A stretch of DNA of 64,000 nucleotides from an uncultured Eubacteriales bacterium (GTDB taxonomy: Bacteria; Bacillota; Clostridia; Christensenellales; Aristaeellaceae). The stretch spans positions 6,226 to 70,225 of the forward strand of contig CADASI010000021.1 in NCBI GenBank assembly GCA_902790525.1, in the 5' to 3' direction. Positions 45,256-54,909 of this stretch are shown here, piece after piece. The number at the start of each line of letters is the position of its first letter. Within the stretch, counting starts at the first letter, position 1. The position numbers and the translations under genes were made by a program. Below the pieces are notes generated by a model. It saw only the letters and a program-made list of their open reading frames with translations, was not told the origin of the DNA and ran no database searches.

Positions 45256-45795
45256 TTAGGCCAGGTAGCTGTCGGCGAGGCGGATGATATTGTCCAGCTC
45301 GGCGTTGTCCACCGGACTTAAATCCCACACCACGTTGGCGTTTCCCCTGCGGCGCTTCAGGCCCAGCAGGGGATTCTTTTTGAGCCCATACTCGGCCCAG
45401 CAGCTCCGGCCGAACACGAAGGGCAGGTGCGCCTCGGTGCCGTCGGGCAGCGCGAACACGTAGTCCACCCCGCGCTCGCCCTTCTTGCCGAAGCCCAGCA
45501 TGCCGCCCATGCCCTCGGACTTGACCAGGACCTCCTCCTTGCGCACGTCGAAGCGCGGCTGTATCTCCAGCCGGAAGTCCTCGTCCGTGCCCAGGCCGGG
45601 GGAGACGATCAGCCACTGCTTGCCGCCAAAGTTGGCCAGCGCCGTGAAGCCGCCGTTCGGCGTCTGGGCAAACAGCATCGTCTCGGGCTTGAAGCCCTTG
45701 TTCGCGAGCAGCTGCGCAAACGCCAGCCGCTTGTCCTCCAGTTGTTTCAGCTTCTCCCTGCGCTCGGCGTCGCCGGGATCGGAAAACAGACCCAT
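45256..45795 (-). CDS. hypothetical protein
   Basis: 179 aa from MGLFSDPGDAERREKLKQLE, with a GGAGGTG RBS. The ORF also opens at 45885. Confidence 0.7.
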   Translation of the reverse strand: MGLFSDPGDAERREKLKQLEDKRLAFAQLLANKGFKPETMLFAQTPNGGFTALANFGGKQWLIVSPGLGTDEDFRLEIQPRFDVRKEEVLVKSEGMGGMLGFGKKGERGVDYVFALPDGTEAHLPFVFGRSCWAEYGLKKNPLLGLKRRRGNANVVWDLSPVDNAELDNIIRLADSYLA

Positions 45796-45934
45796 GAACA
45801 CACCTCCATGTAGAACGAACATAGAAATAACATTATGTACAGTATACCACACATCTCCTTCCGGCGCAACGCTTGCAACGTTCACAAAAAGAGGCTATAA
45901 TGAATATATATAACCGTTTCCGGAGGGAAATTGC

Positions 45935-46789
45935 TTGCTGACCTACATCGACCGTTTTATCAGCGACCCGATCAACATGCTGGTGATCTTCCTGCTGGCG
46001 TTTCCGGGGCGCATACTGGCGCTGTCGGCCCACGAGTTCGCCCACGCCTGGGTGGCGCACCGCTGCGGCGACGACACCGCGAAGGTGCTGGGCCGCATGA
46101 CGCTCAACCCCTTTAAGCACCTGGACCCGCTGGGCACGGTGCTGATGCTGGTGGTGGGCTTCGGCTGGGCGAAGCCGGTGCCGGTGAACCCCCGCAACTT
46201 CCGGCACTACCGGCAGGACGACCTCAAGGTGTCGCTGGCGGGGGTGACGATGAACCTCATACTGTTCATACTGGCGATGGTCGCCATGTTCTTCATCGCG
46301 GCCTCGGCGCTTGCAAAGGTGCCGACGCTGAGCGCGAGCAATCCCTCCGGTCTCATATTCCGCGCGGACTACATGGGCCGGGAGTGCCTGTTCGCGCTGG
46401 AGGGGGAATCGTACTACTACGTCCCGCTGAAATCGCTTCTGCAGATGCTGCCCTACGCCTCGGACTACCTGATCCGGCCGGTGTTCGGAGAGATCCCCGG
46501 GTACCTCTACCAGATGCTGGGGTACTTCGCCACCACGAACCTGGTGCTGTGCCTGTTCAACCTGCTGCCGGTGCCGCCGCTGGACGGCTATCACGTATTG
46601 AACGACCTGGTGCTCAAGCGCAACCTGTTCGCGGACCCCAGGACCGCCCGCATCGCCTCCTCGGTGCTGTTTGTGCTGGTGATGACCGGCGCGGTGGGCC
46701 GGGTGCTGGGCTGGGTGGACGAGCAGGTGCTCAAAGGGGCCGGAAATCTCGCAGCCATGGCGCTTCGGGCCATGGGACTGATGTCCTGA
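45935..46789 (+). CDS. site-2 protease family (M50) metalloprotease
   Basis: HEFAHAW HExxH motif in a TM helix and LLPVPPLDG. TTG start with a GGAGGG RBS. Confidence 0.85.
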   Translation: MLTYIDRFISDPINMLVIFLLAFPGRILALSAHEFAHAWVAHRCGDDTAKVLGRMTLNPFKHLDPLGTVLMLVVGFGWAKPVPVNPRNFRHYRQDDLKVSLAGVTMNLILFILAMVAMFFIAASALAKVPTLSASNPSGLIFRADYMGRECLFALEGESYYYVPLKSLLQMLPYASDYLIRPVFGEIPGYLYQMLGYFATTNLVLCLFNLLPVPPLDGYHVLNDLVLKRNLFADPRTARIASSVLFVLVMTGAVGRVLGWVDEQVLKGAGNLAAMALRAMGLMS

Positions 46790-46801
46790 CGGGGGGCGCG
46801 C

Positions 46802-47518
46802 ATGCCGTACATCGTATCGCTGAAACAGTTTGACGGGCCGCTGGACCTGCTTTTGACGCTCATCTCCAACGCGAAGATCGACATCCACGACATCTTCGTC
46901 AGCGAGATCACCGAGCAGTACCTCGAGACCATGAAGCTGGTGGACGAGCTGGACATGGACTCCGCCAGCGAGTTTTTGCAGATGGCCGCGACGCTTCTGG
47001 AGATCAAGTCCCGCGCCATGCTGCCCAAGCCGCCCAAGCCCGAGGACCCCGACGCGCTGACCCCGGAGGAGGCGCTGATCAAACAGCTGGAGGAATACCG
47101 CCAGTTCAAGGAGGTCTCCGCCCGGATGCACGAGCTGGAGCAGCAGGCCAGGGACCTGCTGACCAAGCTGCCGGAGGAGTACCCGCTGCCGCCGCCGAAC
47201 ATCGAGATCACGGGGCTGACGCTGGACAAGTTGATCAAAGCCTACCGCCGGGTGCTGGAGCGCGCCGCGCGGGCCGAGGCCGACGACCGGATGGCCAGCC
47301 GGGAGATCCGGCGCGACGCCCACACCGTCGCAAGCTGCATGGCCCGCATTTCCCGCCGCGTGCGCCGGGGTCGGTGCAGCTTTTCGGAGCTGTTTGACGC
47401 GGAGTTCACCCGGCACGAGGTCGTGACCATGTTCCTGGCGGTGTTGGAGCTCATCAAGCTCAACCGCATCCACGTCAGCCAGGAGAACGCCTACGACGAC
47501 ATCTATCTGAGCGCATAG
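46802..47518 (+). CDS. scpA: segregation and condensation protein A
   Basis: The N-terminus LKQFDGPLDLLLTLISNAKIDIHDIFVSEITEQYL is ScpA-typical. Confidence 0.9.
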   Translation: MPYIVSLKQFDGPLDLLLTLISNAKIDIHDIFVSEITEQYLETMKLVDELDMDSASEFLQMAATLLEIKSRAMLPKPPKPEDPDALTPEEALIKQLEEYRQFKEVSARMHELEQQARDLLTKLPEEYPLPPPNIEITGLTLDKLIKAYRRVLERAARAEADDRMASREIRRDAHTVASCMARISRRVRRGRCSFSELFDAEFTRHEVVTMFLAVLELIKLNRIHVSQENAYDDIYLSA

Positions 47519-47584
47519 CGCGCCGGCGCTTTTACTGTATACCAACGCAAGGGCGGCCCACGCCGGGCCGCCGGGAGAACGGAC

Positions 47585-50494
47585 ATGAGAATCGGACTGG
47601 ACATCGGATCGACGACGATCAAGTGCGTCGTGCTGGACGACGCGGGTCGCATCGTCCTAAGCCGCTACCAGCGCCACAAGTCGCAGATCGCGCAGCTGGC
47701 GGAGGTGCTGCTGCACACCATCGAAGCGGAGTTCCCGGGGGAGAGGTTTACCCTGGGCATTTCGGGTTCGGCGGGCATGGGCCTGGCGGAGGAGCTGGGC
47801 ATCGACTTCCTGCAGGAGGTCTATGCCACCCGCGTGGCCCTGAAGCGCCTGGTGCCCGATGCGGACTGCGCCATCGAGCTGGGCGGCGAGGATGCCAAGA
47901 TACTGTTTCTCACCGGCGCGGGCGGGCTGGAGGTGCGCATGAACGGCACCTGCGCCGGCGGCACCGGGGCGTTCATCGACCAGATGGCCACGCTGATGGA
48001 CGTGTCCGTGGACCAGCTCGAGCCCCTGTCCGCGCACCACCAGCGCAGCTACGCCATCGCGTCCCGCTGCGGCGTGTTCGCCAAGTCCGACATACAGCCC
48101 CTGCTGAACCAGGGCGCGCGCAAGGAGGACGTGGCCCGGTCCATATTCGAGGCCGTGGCCGGCCAGACCATCGCCGGGCTGGCGCAGGGCCGGGAGATCG
48201 CCGGCAACGTGGTGTACCTGGGCGGGCCGCTGACCTTCTTCTCCCAGCTCCGGGACTGCTTCGACGTGGCCCTGGGCATCAAGGGCATCCACCCGGAGAA
48301 CGCGCTCTACTTCGTGTCCATCGGCGCGGCGATGCAGGCCGCCGGAGAGGTGAACATCGGAAAACTGATCCCCCGCATCCGCCGCCGGGCCGGGGAGGCG
48401 CGCTACGTCGCCTGCCCGCCGCTGTTCGAGGACGAAGCGGCGTATCAGGCGTTCAGGGCGCGGCATGACCGAGACCGCGTCGACACCGTGGAAAAGCCCG
48501 GCTACGACGGGAAGGTGTACATCGGCATCGACTCCGGCTCCACCACCATCAAGGCCGTGGTGATCGACGAGGACCACAACCTGCTCAAGACCGCTTACAT
48601 GTCCAACAGGGGCAACCCCCTGCCCGAGGTGCAGCGCTTCCTCAAGGCCTTCTACGACGAGTTCCCCCGCGCCACCGTGGCCGGGGCGGGCGCCACCGGC
48701 TACGGCGAGGCGCTTGTGAAGGCCGCCTTCCGGCTGGACGGCGGCGTGGTGGAGACCGTGGCGCACTTCATCGCGGCGCGGCAGCTGCAAAGCGACGTGG
48801 ACTTCATCATCGACATCGGCGGGCAGGACATCAAGTGCTTCCGCATCCGGGACGGCGCCATCGACGACATCTTCTTAAACGAGGCCTGCTCCTCCGGCTG
48901 CGGCTCCTTCATACAGACCTTCGCCGCCGCCTGGGGCCTGCCGGTGGACGAGTTCGCCCGACGCGGGCTGCTGGCGAAGCACCCGGTGGACCTGGGCTCC
49001 CGCTGCACGGTGTTCATGAACTCCTCGGTCAAGCAGGCCCAGAAGGACGGCGCGACGCTGGAGGACATCTCCGCGGGGCTGTCCATCTCCATCGTCAAAA
49101 ACGCGCTGTACAAGGTCATCCGCACCGCCAACGCCGCCGAGCTGGGCGACCACATCGTGGTGCAGGGCGGCACGTTTTTGAACGACGCCGTGCTGCGCGC
49201 CTTCGAGCGCGAGATCGGCAAGGACGTGGTGCGGCCCAACATCGCGGGCCTCATGGGGGCCTACGGCGTGGCGGTGTGGTCCGCGGAGCGCTCGAAGGGT
49301 GAAAGCAGCATGCTCACCCGCGCGGAGCTGGACGCCTTCGCCATGCAGACCTCCAACACCCGCTGCCAGGGCTGCAAGAACCACTGCATGCTCAACATCA
49401 TCAAATTCGACGGCGGCCGGCGGTTCATCTCCGGCAACCGCTGCGAGAAGATGACCGGCGGCGGCAAAAAGGCCATGCCCAACCTGTACGAGGTCAAGCG
49501 GCAGATGCTGCGCGCCTTTGCGCCGGGGAAGAACCGGCGGGGGAAGATCGGCATCCCGATGGGACTCAATATGTACGAGCTGTTCCCCTTCTGGCACGCG
49601 CTGTTCACGCACCTGGGCTTCGAGGTGGTGCAGTCGCCGGAGTCCGACCACGCGCTGTACGCCTCCGGGCAGCGGACCATCCCGTCCGACACCGCCTGCT
49701 ACCCCGCCAAGCTGATGCACGGCCACACGGAGTGGCTTTTGGAGCAGGGCGTGGACGCCATATTCTACCCCTGCCTGAGCTACAACTTTGACGAAAAGCG
49801 GGGGGACAACCACTACAACTGCCCGGTGGTGGCCTACTACCCGGAGGTGCTGCGGCTGAACGTGCCGGGGCTCAGGAACGTCAAATTCATCTCCGACTAC
49901 CTGGGCATCCACCGGCCGAGGGACTTCGAGCGCCTCTTCCCGAAGGTGCTGGACAAATACTTCCCCGGCATCCCCCGGCGCGAGGTCCGCGCCGCCGTGC
50001 GGGCCGCCTACGAAGCCTACGACGCCTACATGGCGGAGGTCCGGCGGCGCGGCGCGGAGATGCTCAAACAGGCCCGGGCCGACGGCGTGCCGGTGATCGT
50101 GCTGTGCGGCAGGCCCTACCACATCGACCCGGAGATCAGCCACGGCATCGACCAGCAGATCGCCCAGCTCGGCGCGGTGGTGGTCACCGAGGACAGCGTG
50201 AACATGAACATTCAGAAGTTCAGCGTCAACGTGCTCAACCAGTGGACCTACCACTCCCGGCTGTACTCCGCGGCGCAGTACGTGGCCACCTGCGGCGACC
50301 CCGGGATCAACCTGGTGCAGCTGGTGTCCTTCGGCTGCGGCGTGGACGCCATCACCACCGACGAGGTGCGCCGCATACTCTCCGAGGGCGGCAAGCTGTA
50401 CACACAACTCAAAATCGACGAGATCACCAACCCCGGCGCGGTGCGCATACGTCTGCGCAGCCTGTTCGCCGCCCTGGGGCAGGAGGAAGCCTGA
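47585..50494 (+). CDS. acyl-CoA dehydratase activase-type protein (two BcrAD/BadFG ATPase modules plus C-terminal extension; YjiL-like)
   Basis: Duplicated motifs IGLDIGSTTIKCVVLD and IGIDSGSTTIKAVVID; 969 aa. Confidence 0.85.
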   Translation: MRIGLDIGSTTIKCVVLDDAGRIVLSRYQRHKSQIAQLAEVLLHTIEAEFPGERFTLGISGSAGMGLAEELGIDFLQEVYATRVALKRLVPDADCAIELGGEDAKILFLTGAGGLEVRMNGTCAGGTGAFIDQMATLMDVSVDQLEPLSAHHQRSYAIASRCGVFAKSDIQPLLNQGARKEDVARSIFEAVAGQTIAGLAQGREIAGNVVYLGGPLTFFSQLRDCFDVALGIKGIHPENALYFVSIGAAMQAAGEVNIGKLIPRIRRRAGEARYVACPPLFEDEAAYQAFRARHDRDRVDTVEKPGYDGKVYIGIDSGSTTIKAVVIDEDHNLLKTAYMSNRGNPLPEVQRFLKAFYDEFPRATVAGAGATGYGEALVKAAFRLDGGVVETVAHFIAARQLQSDVDFIIDIGGQDIKCFRIRDGAIDDIFLNEACSSGCGSFIQTFAAAWGLPVDEFARRGLLAKHPVDLGSRCTVFMNSSVKQAQKDGATLEDISAGLSISIVKNALYKVIRTANAAELGDHIVVQGGTFLNDAVLRAFEREIGKDVVRPNIAGLMGAYGVAVWSAERSKGESSMLTRAELDAFAMQTSNTRCQGCKNHCMLNIIKFDGGRRFISGNRCEKMTGGGKKAMPNLYEVKRQMLRAFAPGKNRRGKIGIPMGLNMYELFPFWHALFTHLGFEVVQSPESDHALYASGQRTIPSDTACYPAKLMHGHTEWLLEQGVDAIFYPCLSYNFDEKRGDNHYNCPVVAYYPEVLRLNVPGLRNVKFISDYLGIHRPRDFERLFPKVLDKYFPGIPRREVRAAVRAAYEAYDAYMAEVRRRGAEMLKQARADGVPVIVLCGRPYHIDPEISHGIDQQIAQLGAVVVTEDSVNMNIQKFSVNVLNQWTYHSRLYSAAQYVATCGDPGINLVQLVSFGCGVDAITTDEVRRILSEGGKLYTQLKIDEITNPGAVRIRLRSLFAALGQEEA

Positions 50495-51756
50495 TGCAGG
50501 AGCGCATTGAATTTACCCGCGAGATGAAGCGGGATTACACCATACTGATGCCGAACATGCTGCCGGTGCACTTCCGGCTGCTTCGGGACGTTTTCCGGCT
50601 GCACGGCTACAACATGGTGCTGCTGGACAACGAGGGCCCCGGCGTGGTGGAGGCGGGCCTCAAATACGTGCACAACGACACCTGCTACCCGGCGCTTCTG
50701 TGCATCGGGCAGTTCATCGACGCGCTGCAGAGCGGCCGGTACGACATCAACAGGACCGCCCTGATCATCACCCAGACCGGCGGCGGCTGCCGGGCCTCCA
50801 ACTACATCCACCTTTTGAGGAAGGCGCTGATCAAGGCCGGCATGGCCCACGTGCCGGTGATCTCATTAAACCCCGCGGGGCTTGAGAAGAACAGCGGCTT
50901 CCAGCTGACGACCACGCTGCTTCTGCAGGCCATGGTGACCATACTCTACGCCGACGTGCTGATGTGCCTGAAAAACCAGGTGGAGCCCTACGAGAACGAT
51001 CCGGGCGCCTGCGCGCGGCTGGTGGACCATTGGGCGGAGAAGCTGACCGACCAGTTCCGGCGGCATCCCCGGGCCGGGGCGCTGCACTTCAAGCGCAATA
51101 TCCGCGAGATCGCCCGGGACTTCGACGGCGTGCCCCACACCCCTTCGGAGAAGGTCCGGGTGGGCATCGTGGGCGAGATCTACGTGAAATACTCCAGCCT
51201 TGCCAACAACCACCTGGAGCGCTTCCTGCTGGAGCAGGGCTGCGAGGTGAACGTGCCGGGGCTGATGGGCTTTCTGCTCAACGCGCTGGACCACAACATC
51301 GACGACGTGGACCTCTACGGCGGCAATCGCTTCAGCCAGCTTTTATGCAAGGCCGTCATGCGCTATGTGAACCACATCGAGGCCGTGATCGCCCGCGCCG
51401 TGCGCAAAAACAGTCGCCTCAACCCGCCGACGCCCTATAAGATCACCCGCCGCGAGCTGGACGGCGTGCTGGGCGTGGGCTGCAAGATGGGGGAGGGCTG
51501 GCTGCTGACGGCGGAGATGTGCGAGCTGATCGACAGCGGCGTGCCCAACATCGTGTGCGTGCAGCCCTTCGGCTGCCTGCCCAACCACATCGCCGGGAAG
51601 GGCACCATACGCGCCCTGCGGGAGAAGTTCCCCGAGGCCAACATCGTGCCCATCGACTACGATCCCGGCGCGACCCGCGTCAATCAGGAGAACCGCTTGA
51701 AGCTCATGCTGTCCGTGGCGCGGGAGTCCCTGTCCGGGACGCCGAAGGTGTCATAG
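50494..51756 (+). CDS. 2-hydroxyacyl-CoA dehydratase-like / YjiM-like partner protein
   Basis: Its ATG shares one base with the upstream TGA stop (TGATG, coupled). 420 aa with conserved Cys residues (HNDTCYP, GGGCRASNY, QPFGCLPNH). Confidence 0.8.
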   Translation: MQERIEFTREMKRDYTILMPNMLPVHFRLLRDVFRLHGYNMVLLDNEGPGVVEAGLKYVHNDTCYPALLCIGQFIDALQSGRYDINRTALIITQTGGGCRASNYIHLLRKALIKAGMAHVPVISLNPAGLEKNSGFQLTTTLLLQAMVTILYADVLMCLKNQVEPYENDPGACARLVDHWAEKLTDQFRRHPRAGALHFKRNIREIARDFDGVPHTPSEKVRVGIVGEIYVKYSSLANNHLERFLLEQGCEVNVPGLMGFLLNALDHNIDDVDLYGGNRFSQLLCKAVMRYVNHIEAVIARAVRKNSRLNPPTPYKITRRELDGVLGVGCKMGEGWLLTAEMCELIDSGVPNIVCVQPFGCLPNHIAGKGTIRALREKFPEANIVPIDYDPGATRVNQENRLKLMLSVARESLSGTPKVS

Positions 51757-51879
51757 AATGTAACTGTTCAGTCCGGCGGGCGATCAGGGGATCGCCCCTA
51801 CGGTTTCCCGCGATTGTAGGGGCGATGCCCTCATCGCCCGCTTGAAACGCATGCCCGGACTGAACAGTTACCATAGAAT
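51752..51879. mobile_element. MITE: 112 bp, perfect 12-bp TIRs GTAACTGTTCAG, carries a head-to-head pair of GTAG REP hairpins, 8-bp direct target duplication CATAGAAT
   Basis: CATAGAAT at 51752-51759 and at 51872-51879. TIRs at 51760-51771 and 51860-51871. Confidence 0.85.
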
Positions 51880-51892
51880 CGAGGTGAGCGCC

Positions 51893-52051
51893 GTGCCCTG
51901 GTATGGCTGGCTGATACTGGCGTGCGTTGTCATCGGCCCCTTCGACGCGCTGTACATGTACATCAAAAACGAAAAGCGCCGGGAGGCCCTGCGCAAAAAG
52001 CGCGAGTCCGACCCCGACGCGAATGGCGGCGACCGCCCGAAGACAGACTGA
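51893..52051 (+). CDS. small single-TM protein (uncertain)
   Basis: The ORF opens at 51842, but its first codons lie inside the MITE. The GTG at 51893 has a GAGGTGAG RBS. TM segment WYGWLILACVVIGPF with a basic tail. Confidence 0.35.
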   Translation: MPWYGWLILACVVIGPFDALYMYIKNEKRREALRKKRESDPDANGGDRPKTD

Positions 52052-52076
52052 TCCCCCGGCATCTGCCGGGGGATCA
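52049..52076. terminator. terminator hairpin between convergent genes
   Basis: TGATCCCCCGGCA TC TGCCGGGGGATCA. Confidence 0.55.
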
Positions 52077-52093
52077 GTGCGTTGAAAACCGGT

Positions 52094-53746
52094 TTATTCC
52101 ACGGCAATGAGGTAGTAATACAGCGGCTGGCCGCCCTTCTGAAGCTCCACGTCGCAGTCGGGATAGGTCTCCGCGAGGGCGTCGCAGAGCGCCTGGGCGT
52201 CCTCCTCGGCGATATCCTGGCCGTAATAGACGGTGATGAGCCCGGACTCCTCGTTGACCATCTTCTCGGTGATGTCCTTGGCCACCTGGCTGATGTTCTG
52301 GCCCAGCACGGTCAGCTTGTTGTCCAGCATGCCCATGATGTCGTGCTCGTGGATCTCCTGGCCGTCGTAGTTGGTGTCGCGCACGGCGTAGGTGATGGAG
52401 GCGGTGTGGACCTGCTCGGCGGCGGCCTTCATGGCCTCGGCGTTCTCCTCGGGGGAGAGGGTGGGGTCGAAGGCCAGCGCGGCGGAGATGCCCATGGGCA
52501 CCGACTTGGTGGGCAGCACGATCACGTTGCGCTCGGTGAGCTCCACAGCCTGCTGCGCCGCGAGGATGATGTTGGTGTTGTTGGGCAGTATGATGACGTT
52601 TCGGGCGTTGGTGGCGTCGCAGGCCTGGGCCAGGTCCTGTATGGACGGGTTCATGGTCTGGCCGCCGTCGACCACCTGGTCGACGTTGAGGTTCTTGAAG
52701 ATGTCCACCAGTCCGTCGCCCAGGGCCACGGCCACGATGCCGTACTCCTTCTGCTCGGCGGCCTTGGCGGCGGCCTCCTCGGCGGCCTTCGCCTCGCGCT
52801 CGCGACGCTGCTCGAACAGGTTCTCGATCTTGATGTTGTCGATCTCGCCCAGCTCCAGCGCGTATTGCAGCGCCTGGCCGGGCTGGTTGGTGTGGACGTG
52901 CACCTTCACCACGTTCATGTCCGCGATGACCTGCGCCCGCTCGCCGATGCGCTCCATGCGCTTGCGCAGGCGCACCACGTCGGACTCCTTCATGTCGTCC
53001 CTGGGGTGGGAGATGACGAACTCGGTGCAGTAGCCGAAATTGTCGTCGAGGTTCTCGTGGTCGTCCACGAACTCGCCGGGCATGCCGGGCTTGTCGGGGG
53101 CGGCCTCGGGCACGATGGCGTCCACCGGCTCGCCGGTCAGCGCCGCGTACATGCCCCGCAGCACGACCATCAGGCCCATGCCGCCGGAGTCCACCACGCC
53201 GGCCTGCTTGAGCACCGGCAGCATCTCGGGGGTGCGCTTGAGGATGGCGTCTCCCACGTTGAGGATCAGGCGGAACATCTCCACGATGTCGCCCTGCTTG
53301 TCCCGGGCCTCCTCGGCCTCCTCCGCGATGACGCGGATGACGGTGAGTATGGTGCCCTCCTTGGGCTTCATGACCGCCTTGTAGGCGGTGTTCGCGCCGG
53401 AGCGCATCATCTGGCCCAGCAGCGCGCCGTCGATCTCCTCATGCCCCGCGGCGGCCTTGGAAAAGCCGCGCAGTATCTGGCTGAGTATGACGCCGGAGTT
53501 GCCCCGCGCGCCCCGCAGCGCGCCCCGCGCCGCGGCGTTGGCCACGTCGGCGGCGCTGGTGTAGGGCTTGGCGGCGATCTCCTTGATCGCGGACGTGATG
53601 GTCTGCGACATGTTGGTGCCCGTGTCGCCGTCGGGCACGGGGAATACGTTCAGGGCATCCACCTGCTCCCGGTTGTTGACCAGAAGCGACGCGCCGGAGG
53701 AGAACATCTCCTTCAGCATCATGCCGTCAATCTTCGTGATAGCCAT
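52094..53746 (-). CDS. DAK2 domain fusion protein YloV
   Basis: LNVFPVPDGDTGTNM DAK2 motif; 550 aa; downstream of an asp23-like gene, as in other Firmicutes. Confidence 0.9.
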   Translation of the reverse strand: MAITKIDGMMLKEMFSSGASLLVNNREQVDALNVFPVPDGDTGTNMSQTITSAIKEIAAKPYTSAADVANAAARGALRGARGNSGVILSQILRGFSKAAAGHEEIDGALLGQMMRSGANTAYKAVMKPKEGTILTVIRVIAEEAEEARDKQGDIVEMFRLILNVGDAILKRTPEMLPVLKQAGVVDSGGMGLMVVLRGMYAALTGEPVDAIVPEAAPDKPGMPGEFVDDHENLDDNFGYCTEFVISHPRDDMKESDVVRLRKRMERIGERAQVIADMNVVKVHVHTNQPGQALQYALELGEIDNIKIENLFEQRREREAKAAEEAAAKAAEQKEYGIVAVALGDGLVDIFKNLNVDQVVDGGQTMNPSIQDLAQACDATNARNVIILPNNTNIILAAQQAVELTERNVIVLPTKSVPMGISAALAFDPTLSPEENAEAMKAAAEQVHTASITYAVRDTNYDGQEIHEHDIMGMLDNKLTVLGQNISQVAKDITEKMVNEESGLITVYYGQDIAEEDAQALCDALAETYPDCDVELQKGGQPLYYYLIAVE

Positions 53747-53782
53747 TCCTTACCTCCAAATTGCGTCTGTCAGGACGCGCGC

Positions 53783-54133
53783 TCACACGCGGATGTCCTC
53801 GACGCAGACGTTGACGCGCCCCACCGGCACGCCGGTGAGATGCTCCACCTTGTATTTCACGGTTTCGATGATCGCGGCGGCCACCGCCGAGATCGAGATG
53901 CCGTATTCCACGATGATGAAAAGATCGATGTCCACCTTGTCGCCGGAGGAGCGCACCTTCACGCCGCGGCCCAGGTTCTCGCGTCCCATCATCTGTACGA
54001 TGCCATCCGTGGAGCGCTTGGAGGCCATGCCCACAATGCCGTAGCAATCCAGCGCGGCGTAGCCGGCCACGCGCACGATCACCTCGTCATTGACGGTAAC
54101 GACGCCCAGATCGGTGTTGAATTTGCAATCCAT
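53783..54133 (-). CDS. Asp23/Gls24 family envelope stress protein
   Basis: 116 aa with Asp23-like GIVGMAS.. and VDIDLFIIVEYG. Confidence 0.85.
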   Translation of the reverse strand: MDCKFNTDLGVVTVNDEVIVRVAGYAALDCYGIVGMASKRSTDGIVQMMGRENLGRGVKVRSSGDKVDIDLFIIVEYGISISAVAAAIIETVKYKVEHLTGVPVGRVNVCVEDIRV

Positions 54134-54304
54134 TATAAAACCTCCTTTTCGTCAAAAGGAATAAGCGGACCTCGAAAAACCCTACTTTGCCGCATACCTC
54201 ACTTCGGAAAACCCTGTAAAACAAGGTTTCTTAACGAGGCAATGTTTGCGAAAACAGGGTTTTTCGAAGTTGCCATCAGTGGATAATACAGTCTTCCAAT
54301 TAAC

Positions 54305-54333
54305 AGTATACCTTGTTTTTGTGGAATATGCAA
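54305..54333 (-). promoter_or_regulatory. candidate minus-strand promoter TTGCAT-17-TATACT for asp23-yloV
   Basis: Hexamers read on the reverse complement. It would give a leader of about 165 nt. Confidence 0.35.
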
Positions 54334-54425
54334 GACAATCCGCGGGAAACGGGTGTCAATTATTTTTATTTTTGCAAAGAAATCGGTTATTTTTTGATAT
54401 CGCAGGATTTTTACACGGCGGACTA

Positions 54426-54454
54426 TTGCCTTTTCGGGGAATCAATGCTATAAT
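54426..54454 (+). promoter_or_regulatory. candidate sigma-A promoter TTGCCT-17-TATAAT for rpmB
   Basis: Hexamers and the 17-nt spacer counted directly. Confidence 0.5.
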
Positions 54455-54501
54455 TCTAATGTTTTGATATGAACATATCCTTGAAGGAGGTGTGATAGAG
54501 T

Positions 54502-54693
54502 ATGGGTAAGTTTTGTGAAATCTGCGGCAAGGGCGTGACCTACGGCAACAATGTCAGCCACTCCAACCGCAAGACGCGCCGCACCTGGGCTCCGAACACG
54601 CAGAAGGTTCGCGTGCTGATCAACGGCGTTCCGAAGCGCATGTCGGTGTGCACCCGCTGCCTGCGCAGCAAGAAGGTTGAGCGCGCTCTGTAA
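54502..54693 (+). CDS. rpmB: 50S ribosomal protein L28 (Zn-ribbon form)
   Basis: [27 protein letters not shown]...CTRCLR; GGAGG RBS. Confidence 0.95.
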   Translation: MGKFCEICGKGVTYGNNVSHSNRKTRRTWAPNTQKVRVLINGVPKRMSVCTRCLRSKKVERAL

Positions 54694-54713
54694 TCGCGGT
54701 CAATGAAAAATCC

Positions 54714-54761
54714 GGCGACGATGCCCGGCCACAAACGGTCCGGCAGCGTCGCCGTTTTTTT
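54714..54761 (+). terminator. Rho-independent terminator of rpmB
   Basis: GGCGACG ... CGTCGCC stem followed by T7. Confidence 0.7.
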
Positions 54762-54815
54762 GCACAGCGCGTTGGGTTATAGATAAAACTTATAGGTCGA
54801 TATCTACATATATTA

Positions 54816-54845
54816 TTGGACAAACGCCCCAAACAGTGGTATGAT
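54816..54845 (+). promoter_or_regulatory. candidate promoter TTGGAC-18-TATGAT (TG-extended) for the metQNI operon
   Basis: Read directly. Confidence 0.4.
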
Positions 54846-54909
54846 AGAACCTGTCGATCGGGCGGCAGCGTCCGACGGCGTCAGCATCAATCACATCAGG
54901 AGGTAAACC

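Noticed and set aside
54846-54909. Expected an S-box (SAM-I) riboswitch or T-box upstream of metQNI.
   Set aside because: The leader is only about 65 nt between the predicted -10 and the ATG. That is too short for an S-box or T-box, and no conserved S-box junction motifs were seen.
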